Shown here piece by piece: positions 13,053-24,639 of a DNA stretch of 62,000 nucleotides. Both the position numbers and the translations under genes were made by a program. Location: the NCBI RefSeq assembly GCF_964275005.1, contig NC_092704.1, positions 31,806,001-31,868,000 of the forward strand, given 5' to 3'. The notes beneath the pieces were generated by a model. It saw only the letters and a program-made list of their open reading frames with translations. It made no database searches and had not been told where the DNA came from. Each line of letters begins with the position of its first letter. Positions within the stretch are counted from its first letter, which is position 1. The stretch comes from Diadema setosum. Lineage: Eukaryota.

Positions 13053-13536
13053 TGTCGACAGTTTGAAATAGTAGTTCGGAGCATTTGTTAGAGGTTTAGT
13101 TTGTTTCCTTTCTGTGTTTTTCTATTTGGCTCTTTTTAGCCATGCTTAAAGTTGCCACAATGAATTTGAGTTATGAATGAATTTATTTGCGGAAGTATAC
13201 TGCTCGTGTTATTTTATCTACAGTTTTTACAACGACTGCGTTTGTGTTAGTGTATTATGTTAATCTAAAAAAACAACAACCATAAAACATGGGTTTTGTT
13301 TCATGCGCAACACATTTATCAAAACAACTGGAATCACAATCACAATTTAGCTGTGTTTGTATCAGGTTCTATTACATGAACAGAGTACAGTGTTTCAGAA
13401 TTTATAGTGATTGGGTTGTGGAATAAGAATGTTTTCAAATTTTATAACAAATTGCCATGAGCAAATTGTGTGTAATGGAATGACACTGCTACATTTCTGA
13501 AATGTGTGTTTAATGATAATTGATAGGTAAATTAGG

Positions 13537-13581
<45 letters not shown>

Positions 13582-14140
13582 TATAATCTAGAAGGGTTTA
13601 TAGAACAATAACTTTATTTGCAGATCACGAGACCCCACTTGTCACGTGTGATCACATGCTTTTGTTGCTTTCATTGGAATACAGTTCATCCTATTTTTTT
13701 ATGTGTGAGATGTGAGTATTAGAGGTAGCACACACACTTTAGTATATTCAGATGAGTTTTGACAAGGTTACTCTTTCAAGGTATCATTTCATGTATTTTC
13801 CATATCGAAAATGATGCAAAATTAGTTCAAAACAACTTTGAAATGGCATATCGGTTTAACACAAAGAGGTAAACAAAAATACGAACTGAATATCAAACAA
13901 AGGTATGATAATGACATATATGTACGAATACAAACATGCATATACACTTTACGTGCACACACACATGCAATATAGTGCAAATAATTATTTTGTTCTACTT
14001 GAAATCAAATACGAATTGAAGTAGCATCTATGTAACTAAATGAATAATCAGGATTTGTATTAGGCATCTTTCCATCTATTTCATCATTCATTTCATTTTG
14101 TTTCATTTGCTACAAAAGAATAAAGTAAAAAGAGAAAAAA

Positions 14141-15521
14141 ACTCTTAAATTTATACTTTTTGCGGATGATACTAATATTTTTTACTCCCATGAGAACCTC
14201 GAAACACTGTTTAATACTCTGAACACGGAAATAGACAAAGTCTCCCGATGGTTTATATGTAATAAATTATCCCTTAATGTCTCTAAAACAAATTTTATAC
14301 GTTTCAAACCTACTGCTTCACAGAACATTAACAGCAGTTATAATATCAATATTGATGGATTATCTTTAGCTGAAGTAAGATCTACTAAATTTTTAGGAAT
14401 CACGATTGACTCGAGTTTAACTTGGAACGATCACATTCATAATATCCACACGTCTGTCTCAAGAACTGTAGGAATTTTATATCGACTGAAAAACTTCATT
14501 TCTCAAAATTCCCTGACTATTCTATACAATGCATTGATCTTACCACATATCACATACTGCAATATCGTTTGGGGAAACTGTGGCTCAACTAAAATTAATC
14601 CAATTTTTACTCTCCAAAAACGTGCTGTACGTTTGATTACCAATTCCCGTTACTTATCCCCATCCAATCCCCTATTTCATCAACTAAAAACATTGAAAAT
14701 TGAGGATCTTCACACCTTTCAAACTGCTGTTTTTATGTATAAATATACATTTAATTGTCTTCCAAAAATTTTTGATGGCTTCTTCACTCCAAATTTCACC
14801 GTTCATTCATATCCAACACGTCAGTCGTCCGATTACCATCTCGAAAACCCCAGAATCATTTTAGCTCAAAAATCTTTAAAGCACAATGGACCAGATATTT
14901 GGAATTCTTTACCCCCTAATTTAAAACAACGTACGTCGTTGAACATTTTTAAACGAGAACTAAAAAACACCCTCATAATCCAGTATACTTCTGACACATA
15001 AAAATATTCATACCACCTGCTCAACAAACACCCTAAACAATGAGTTCACGGCCATAACTGAAGTAATATTCACCTCATCACACTGATACACAAAATAACA
15101 CTCAACGTACAAACCAAGATTCATCCCAACACAATGCACACCGCACTGCACCGCACGCCCTTCGCACAATTACTTTCCACTCAGTGAGTGGCAAGATTTT
15201 CTTTATGTATCTCTTCGTTGTGCCCTTTGCACAATTACCCCCCACTCAGTGAGTGGCAAGATTTTCTTTATGTATCTCTTTACCTGGGGCCATCTTCCTC
15301 GTCAAGCTTAGCTTATGATGATGGTCCCCTGCATTTCATTTTTATCATTTCCTATTGCTTCCTTTCATATATGATATTCGTTCTTGAAAAAAAAAAATGT
15401 ATGTAAGATCCAAACGTTACGAATATTAGCTGTGTAAATGACTATGTAAGTATTTTGTTGATTTGTGGATTTGTATTGATGTTGAAATGCAGAAATAAAA
15501 ACTGAACTGAACTGAACTGAA
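14141..15521 (+). mobile_element. 5'-truncated LINE (CR1/L2 group, Crack-like) with RT C-terminal half, 3' UTR and (ACTGA)n tail
   Basis: Uninterrupted frame 14141-15001: FILFADDTN (RT catalytic motif), KFLGITIDSSLTW, YCNIVWG, LQKRAVR, GPDIWNSLP; AATAAA and pentamer tail at about 15493-15521. Confidence 0.92.
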
Positions 15522-16336
15522 AGTACAGTGTGACTTTGCATATCCAATCGAAACCAGTAAAGTTCATTATTTGGCAATATAGCAAAACAAAAATTAAGGA
15601 AATGCATAGGCAAACCGTATGTGAATCGTATTAAGGGAAACATGTCGGAAATGGAGGGAAGTGCTGAAAAGCCTAGCTTTTAAAATCCAGTCCCCTCATG
15701 AGTAGTAATTAATAACAATGGGTAAACGAAACGATAGGACGTAATTTCCTGGGAAACAGGTAAAATATAAACAAATTATACCCATACAATCGCACACCCA
15801 GATAGAAATAAAGCAGCTCTCTTTCATCAAGTTTATACGAATTGAAAGAAAGTGGACAGCGGGAAAAGGGGGCCAAGAAGGAAAAATAAAGAGAGGGGTG
15901 AAGGAGGAAGAGTTCAAGGGTCAATGCCAAAGCACACCAGACCAGGCCTACCGAGATATACACTGTATAAAACTAATGAATCAATCAATATTAATAACAT
16001 TAATACTATGAAGTAAATTTACGGCTTTTAAAGATGCAAAACTGTAAACGTCTCTACCGATTAGGTAATTTTGCCATCAAAAATGGTGTCACCACGTTTT
16101 AAGTGGTAGTGGGATAATGATACATGTATAATCCAAGGAACGTATTTGTTCTCACCCCTTATTGTGGCAGTACAGCATCGAGGTTCCTTTCTATTAAATT
16201 TTGCGTTACTACTTGTTGTTGTTAATGCAGGAAAAGAATTAAATGTAAATTTGATTCCGAGTAGGCAAATTGATGCGTGATGTTGTCAGCCATTATGTGG
16301 TCATTATGCACAGAGGATTCCGCCTATGCTATCATC

Positions 16337-16659
16337 AGGGTCATCCCACTTGACCGACACCCACGAGTCATACAGCCCATGAGTTCGACATTGCAAACAG
16401 GTCCATGAGTCATACAGCTCACGAGTTATACAGACCATTGACCTACCAAAAGGTCCATGGTTTGACACTAGGCAAATGAAACACATGAGTTCCACACTAG
16501 GTAAAAACAACCGACGATTTCGAAAGATAAAACATGGGGCTTAATAATATGAGGGTTTTATGGGACTTAGTGTCGAACTATAATGGGCTGTAGGATTCGT
16601 GAGCTGTCTGACCCATGGGCTGTATGACTCGTAGATGTCGGTCTCATGACTTGTACCCC
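16337..16659. mobile_element. Fold-back MITE with repeated GAGTCATACAGC subunits
   Basis: ACCGACA..CACGAGTCATACAGCCCATG is inverted against CATGGGCTGTATGACTCGT.GATGTCGGT. Confidence 0.6.
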
Positions 16660-16766
16660 ATCATCACGTCCAAACAGTTGAATTGTGGTATGTGTTTTGC
16701 TTTGACTACTAAATTATTTCAACAACCAGTAGGCCTGTAATTCGGGTTTGGTGGATGTTATATCAT

Positions 16767-17234
16767 TTAAAGGGGCATTCCGGACGATTTTCATAATTCA
16801 ACATCATGTAGTACATAAATCAACAGCTCCATATATAGATTCGTGTAATTTATTGTTGCCCTTGAGCAGAGAAACCAATAAAATGAAAATCTTAAACAAA
16901 TTACACTGAACAGTGTTGATGACATCAGAGCCTCACATATTTCAGAAATGTAGCAGTGTAATTCCATTACAATACCCCCTGCTTAACAAGTACACCTGTG
17001 AAGAATCTATGCATGCTTTCTTCTTTTGTTCTGCTTCCTTGCGCCCCAACTCATGCATTCTTATGGTGAGGCTGCCATGTCATCATCCTTGTTCACTGCA
17101 ATTTGTTATAAATTTTGGAAACATTCTCATTTCTCATCCCAATCACTATGAATTCAGAAACTCTGTACTCGGTTTCACTAATTTATAGTTGTTCAGGTGT
17201 AAAAGTATGAAAATCATCTGGAGGTCCCCTTTAA
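16767..17234. mobile_element. Non-autonomous DNA transposon (Kolobok-like MITE)
   Basis: TTAA|AGGGGCATTCCGGACGATTTTCAT ... ATGAAAATCATCTGGAGGTCCCCT|TTAA; an inverted partial copy lies at about 11700-11882. Confidence 0.8.
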
Positions 17235-17258
17235 AGGTAGAAAAGCCATAAATGTGTG

Positions 17259-17300
<42 letters not shown>

Positions 17301-17492
17301 GGGGGGGGGGCTTAAAATAGCTGGGTTATGCTCTGACACAGCAATGCACCTGGCTTGTAACATAGTACATTAAATCATCATTTCTTCCTTTTTGATCCCC
17401 CCGTCTCTATTCTAGCCAACTGTAAGGGTTTCTTCACACACACATTAACGTGACAAGATGGAATGAAAGGCATGATACCAATACAGTGCATG

Positions 17493-17558
<66 letters not shown>

Positions 17559-17689
17559 CATACATTATCATATATGTACTTGTGTGTGTGTGCGTGTGTG
17601 TCTGTGTTTGTATATAGAATCTATATTTCTTTCCTGGGAGGATTATGGGAGGAACGCATTTTTTTTTTTTTTTAATCAGGAATGGATGG

Positions 17690-18022
17690 CTTTACTTTTG
17701 TGAAGCTGCTGTTCTGGGTTGTTTCCGGCGAAATTAATCAATAAATAATACTTTTCGCAGAAAAGCTAGATATATCTCTTGTGTTTGTCATTGCCAATGG
17801 CGATGAGTGTTTCAGGCTAACTAGCAATCTATTGTTGATGGATTGTGCAATCCTCATCAGCAAACTATAAATCGCCTGACTCAAAATGCTCAATCTGTGA
17901 TTTCAACTGCAAGGCAACCTGTCAAGGTGAACACGAAAATACTCAGCCAATGCCCTTAAGTGATTCATAAAGTTTGGGCATTGGGAGGGACTGATATATT
18001 GCAGTGGGGCATTATGGTAAGT
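17690..18022 (+). promoter_or_regulatory. Conserved promoter/exon-1 block, copy 2, ending ATG|gtaagt (ATG 18014-18016)
   Basis: Same block with an internal deletion; nearest copy upstream of the gene B signal exon; phase 0 matches that exon. Confidence 0.65.
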
Positions 18023-21000
18023 TGTCTTCTTAGATGCAATTGTATGACATAGTAGTTTCGTGTCATTTTTTTTTTCAGCAGTATTTGCTTTCTTTGTGCG
18101 TTTCATTGTGTGGTTTTAAGGCTATTTTACAAGTTATTGCCTCAATAAATTTGATGTATATAAGCGACTGATCATAATTATGTGATAGTCTATTGGCGGC
18201 AGCATTGCTCATCTTGTGTCTACAGTTTTAACAAGGACGGCGGTCATTTATATTAAGTGTATAATATCAAAGTAGAAAATACATCTGGCTTGTTTCACAT
18301 GAAGCATACTTCAGATCAACCATTACTGGAATCACGCTCAAAACTTGGCTGAGTTTGTTTGAGATTCTAGTCTGCGGGGATGTATACCAGTGACTATCGG
18401 AAAAGTAGAATTCTACAAGTCCGAAATGGCACATTTCACATCTTGCACGTCATTTTTATCAATAGCCTCGTGATTTCATCGGATTAATGACATGTTTGAA
18501 TTCAGAGTAGATTTACGAAACTTGTCACTCACATGTACTGAGAATCAATCTTAAACAGATAGTGAACCTCAAGTATATGTACATTTTGAAATTGGTTTTA
18601 AACCTCTGATTCTAATACGAATTACTTCCAACACAAATGGAATTCTATATTTCATATTATCATTTTTCCAGTCTTTTGTTTGAATATCAAGTTATAACGT
18701 CGGGCAAACTTATAGGCTTGAGAAGACAATGGTTAGGTACGCCTGAGTGTTTTTATAACTTGAATTTTTTGAAAATGATAGGAGAAGATGGGAGTCGCCC
18801 AATCTTATCAATGCGGTCCGATTTAAAGTGAGATATCGTTTCTAAATTGAAAATCCATTACAAGTAGAAAATGCGATCTAGAAGTACATCTTACGAGTCC
18901 ATGGTTTTATATCTGCTGAATTCATGCTTTTTCCAATTTCTGGTTTGATGTATTCATCGTCACCGTTGATAAAGCTCAACTTTTTTTTTTGATATGTCTT
19001 ATTAGGGTTTTAGTGCTTTTTATATATTCACAACATGACGTATTGTATTTCTAAAAGTTTAGGAATTGTAAAGAGTAACTAATGATCGTAATTTTGAGTT
19101 GTGCGTGGCGTTAGTATTTTTAAATAGAAGTTACTTCATCTACACTTGTTTTAATGAACAATATACAAAACATACACGTTGCTTCATAGATCTTAAGGCA
19201 ATTGACTAGCTGTGGGTTTGTTTGTTTGTTTGTTGGCTTGTTTTTGATACTTTTGGAAATGTGTTTGTGTGAAATTCTTCTTTAATTTCCCTTATAGGTA
19301 GATTGCTTTATTGCCCTACAATCACAAATTATATATTCTACATAATTCCGGGCTTAGTTCTCAGCTGTAGGGACCTGCACTTGGAATAAACCAATACTTA
19401 AATTACTTGAACTCATGTATTTGAACAGATTTCTGAAGTTAAAAGTCAATTTCTGACATACGTCTGTATCAAATATTCATTAGGGGAATCTTTTGTTAGA
19501 ATCATCTTGACTATTTTGGTAGTTTCCTCATTCCATTGTACTTACATGTATTTCATTCGAAATTGCTCTTTTCTTTGGAGATGTGGGCAGCGAATAAGAT
19601 CAACGACTATAACAATTATGACGTCCGTATTTCGAGTCCCTTATTGGCTGCAGTGGTTGCGACCAAATTGAAAAGGCGAGAATTTCCCAAGTTCGGGATT
19701 TATACGATTTTCTTTTCTCAGGTCAATTCATGTACAAATTTAATACAATCCAATTACTCCAGGTATTCTCTGGTATTTTTTTTTCCTTTTGGTGCAGAAT
19801 AGGTCCCTGTTTTTGATTGTTTGTTTGTTTGTGTATTGATGGTTAGTTTGAGCAAGGATACTCGCGGGCTTGCGAGTAGGGATTTTCCAGCACGCAGGAG
19901 AATTTTCTGCGGGTGGTCAAGAATGCTTGCGAGTTTCGCACTTATGTCTTACCTGCTAAACGCGTGCTTCTTTATACCCTCTACTTGCGTGACCTGCGTG
20001 AGAGCTTTGAAACCGATCGGTTTTCTTTTACGAGCGACTTACGGGTACCGTATAGTACCTGCGTTGGAGTTGCATGTGAGGTGCTGCAGGTAAGGGTCTC
20101 CTACTGGTGTTCTACGCGTACCTCTGCGAGCAAACTCCCGCGAGTCACTCGGAAAAAGTTTTGAGCATGCTCAAGGCCTTGTCATACAGTATCTGGGGAA
20201 GTTTTTCGGGTTGACTTGTGGGGAAACAAAAATGCTACCCGCATCTCTCCGCAGTTTGTCTGCACCTGACAGTACCCACCGCGTATCTCGCCCGCAGTTG
20301 TCCGGACGTGCGCACGCAAGTCCGATTTACCCGCAGCCAAGTTTTGAGCATGACCAAAACTTTTTTTTTTCTTTTTTTCCGGGTGAGTCGCGGGGATTGC
20401 CCGGAGAGGTGCACGGAGAACGCCTGTATGCGGCCAAGATAATGGCATTCTGTGGAACTTCTGTCATTCCTTCAGAGGAATTCCTTCACTGAGTTGTTAG
20501 CCCCCACGCGCCTGGCACACAGGTCACACAGATTACCTGTAACTAGAACTTAAGCATAATCCAGCAAGTATAAAGACACATGCAAAACTCGCCCAAATCC
20601 TGGTCCGCCCTAAGAAATTGTCCGGTATCCTGGATACACGCTACAAGCCCGCGTAGTTTGCCCGGAAAGGTATGACAAGGCCTAAACATGGTTGCGGGAA
20701 AAAGGATTCGGTGCGAACCTCCGGGCGACTACGGGTGAGATACGTGATAGGTACTGTCATGTGCGGGTCATCTGCGGGGACCTCCGGGTAGTAAAAAGAG
20801 TTCTTTGCCCGGAAAGATGTGACGCGGCCTTAAAGTGCCGCGTTATATATATATGCCCGCCGCGGCCGCTATCATCGCAAGATTTGCTGCCATGATTTGA
20901 TAATGGACCGGGAGCCTATCCGTATTCGGGAAGCAATGCCCAACCCAACCGCGGTAAGGAAAAAGCCGCTCTATCTGACTTACCCTCCGATTTTGCGATT

Positions 21001-24000
21001 TAACCTCCCTTGAAGCGCGTCGCGGAAACATTTTGGAGATAACTGATATAGCGCTTCTGTTGAAGAAAGAGGGGTCGTTGGATGGAATGATTTTCGTGAT
21101 TTAAAGCACCACCTTAATGTAGCTGTTGATATGCACGTAATATTTGATAGACTGCGTTATTCTCAATGACATGAAAATCATGCTAAACATAAACAAAATT
21201 TAAGATGCCAACAAATAGCTAATGAGTTAAGCAATTGATTCACTTTTTCTCATGTCCAACGAGATATTTGAACCGAATACACATCAATCACTGTTGCAAC
21301 TTGTCTTTAGTGTATGAATGTCCTTTGAAATATTAATGCAGTTTCTTCTGTCTTAAAATATCATGACATGTATCTTTAATAACTCGAAGTTTCTAGTCAT
21401 AAACCAGCCCTGCATGTTTTCTGAAGTTTGATAACAAATGATCTGCATTCCAGTTATCTTCCCTCTAAAGGTCCTGTTTACCTTTGGGAACAGTGACTTA
21501 GAATTTTTTTTTTCAAAATAATAATATGACATTTGATGCACATCTATATGTGTAGGTCTGTTGTACCACAAAATATTCTATCATATAAAATGTTCGCGAT
21601 GAAGCCTAAAATCTAAGGAGGTATCTGTATTTTTCGCAATAAACCGTAAGTGTAGACGGTTTAGTTTGGAAACTTTTTTTCATTTTAATTCTAATATAAT
21701 TTTAAAAGCTTATTATTTTGTATATTTAACAGTACTTAACATCGATTTTACCGATTTGAATTTAACGGTGGTTGTTTCTATCCCTAACTCATATTTTAGA
21801 ACTATTTCAAAGCATTCATGCTGGGATTTTGTTTCTTCTGCAAGTGGTAAATAAATATGCCTCTAAAGGCATGATGAAACCAAGTTGAAATGAAATTATA
21901 ACACCATTTGTCAGCCGAAATGTAACAGACGAAAATAGGAGGTAAGCCGAGAAGAAAGAAAACTTTAGTGTAAGAGATAGGAATGAAAAAAGAGTAATTA
22001 AAAAAAAAAAAAAAACTAAGAAAGCGGAATAAGGGTTGAGTGGATCCTAGAAAGGACTATCGTGGGGAAGAGCTTGTGGGAGATAAGGAAAAATTATGAA
22101 AGTGTAGTCCTGAAAGGGGAGAAAAACTGAGAAATACTCCCTGTAAAAACTATAAAGTAGTTGCAGTGGTTTAAGAGAAAAAAAAAACCGCTGGGCTATA
22201 GAGAGCTAAAAAAATAATAGGGAAATGAAAGACTGATTTCTATAATAATGTCAATTTTGATTATGTGTATATTTTGATAACAAATAGAATTGGACTTCAA
22301 AATTACATACAGTGGTAGAGAAGGCAAATCAGAGAATACACTTCAAGGAATTTCGGTGAGCAGAATTATACTCGTACAGGTTTTTTTTTTTCAGTCTAAT
22401 CACCTTCAATTTGGTCTGTTTGAGGGGAATTAGCGAATGAAAATCAGAAGAGAATTGTACAAATAAAGGAAAGTTGTAAATTACCCCGGCACATTAACTT
22501 CTCCTTATTAAAAGAAAGTTTAAATGAAGATTCACAGCATTATGCAAGATCTGACATATCCGATACATGATATGGTTCAGATACAATGGAATACTTCTGT
22601 GAAACGTTGTGTTAATAATCTTAACATGAACGTAACACGTTCACATTATGATTGTGTATGGTCTCTGTGTGCATCCTTTTTAGTACGCAATGTGTTTGTT
22701 TCTGGAATGTTACAAGGATAACTTTTCTACACCAGTTCATTTTTTATTTTTTGCATGATATATTGTAAATGAAGAATTTACACAACCATTTTTGCGGTGC
22801 GCCACAAGTAGTTATAATTCATGATATATTTAGAATGCTCCGCAGCGTAGCTCAGACTATCTCCATAGGATCGACTTTTGTAGGACAGCTAGCTCTTCGT
22901 TCATCATCCTGTCTGCCATAGTATCATGCAAAATTTGCCATAATTTAATGTATGATACGTTTTAGGGGGGTGAAATTTTGATCTAGTATCCAACTGATTG
23001 TTTTTAAATTTTGTAGTAGAAATTACACAGTCATTTTTTATGGCATTTACGTATGCAAAGAATTTGAGAAATGTAAGAATACAATGACAGCATTACTGTA
23101 TAGACTGTGTTTTGTACATGTTCTAGATCCGTCTGGCACAATTCATTTTACACATTGACGTTTTAAATGAAGATTCATTGAGGGGCTTGATTTATGAGCT
23201 TTATCATCCCTATTCTGTTTCATTTTTTTTTAATTCATGCTTAGCATCATGCTTCACAGCTTTACTGGAATTGCTTGAAGCATGTAATGCCTGCGTTTTG
23301 GGCCTGATTTATTCAAAGCAACCTATCATGCCTCACAACATTACTCAGATTGTTACCATATGGTTACAGGCTTGCACTGTTTGAAGTGATTGAATTGATT
23401 TTATCAAAGTACTCAGTGTTGTAGTCATCATTTTCTTTGTTACAGAATTATGAAAGATTTAACACATTTGGGTAATGTTCAGTTTGGTTAAGGACATATT
23501 TGTTTGGGTTTTTGAATGATTAACTTTAAATCTATATATATTTGAGATTGCATTATGATATGGTTTTAAGTGATATATTTCCTGAAGATATGATGAGCAC
23601 AACCGCGTATATATCAGTTTGATATTATAGTTTCTGTGATAAGATAAGTCTCGATAGATAAGGCATGATAAATGTTCTTAAGCGCGATATAATTATGTGA
23701 AATATACAAGGGGTTATGTATGAAGCTTTCATGGGGGGGGGGGGGGCTAATAATCAACAAGAGTTGCTTTTGAACACGTATTCTTGACATTTCTTGACAT
23801 AGCCTGATCAGGCATACTAGTATGTGCCAAGGTGTTTGGAATGGTTCTTTGAGTACTCATCGCCTTGTTCACCGCTCCGTTTGCCCGGTGGGGCACGCTT
23901 TAGCTGACGTCTCTCTCTCTCTCGCTGCCCCACTTGGTCGGCGCTGGGGTGCTCCGGACTGGTGGGCGTAAAGTGGAGTGGGTGGTATGGGGATGTATTG

Positions 24001-24589
24001 GTGGTGGCAGGCCTGCGCTCTCTGTCGGTTGCCGCACGGAACTGGTGGGGCGCCTCGGGCTGGTGCCTGTATGGTCGCTGATCTGTGTGTCGTGTTTAGT
24101 AGTATTATATTTACTTGTGTGGTTATTACGTTGCCTATATCATGCGTGTTGTATGGTGAATATGTGATTTAGATTATCATAGTTATTAGTCAATATTTAT
24201 TGTAATTGTTAGATAAGAAATAGATATCTTTATAGTAGTATAAGGAGCTTTTCATTATTATGCCTCCCCCTTCTACCAGTCGGTACTTTCGGTCTTTCCT
24301 TCTTTTCATCACTCCTTTCTCACTTTCACATATTCTCCCTTTCATCGTTCACCTCTTATCCTTTAAGGGGAGATGGGAGAGGGGGCAAGGGCTAGATTTT
24401 AAATAGTCTTTGAGTGAACATGAGCGCGCGCGTGTAGATGTTTTATATATCGATGTTTTGCTACATGTATACAAACTAATTTAAGCAATTTTCTTTTTTT
24501 TTATGGAAATCAAATTTCTGTATTTATTCTCATAGACAACAAAATACCTTGAACATACGCGCGCACACACACTCACTCACACACACACA

Positions 24590-24639
<50 letters not shown>

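Noticed and set aside
16337..16659. Repeated GAGTCATACAGC units that superficially resemble a CRISPR-like array
   Set aside because: Spacing is irregular, the units are inverted in the two halves, the context is eukaryotic, and there are no cas genes; a fold-back MITE explains it.
19821..20895. Cluster of GC-rich ORFs on both strands
   Set aside because: They fall inside nested inverted-repeat MITEs and show no transposase or other recognisable motif.
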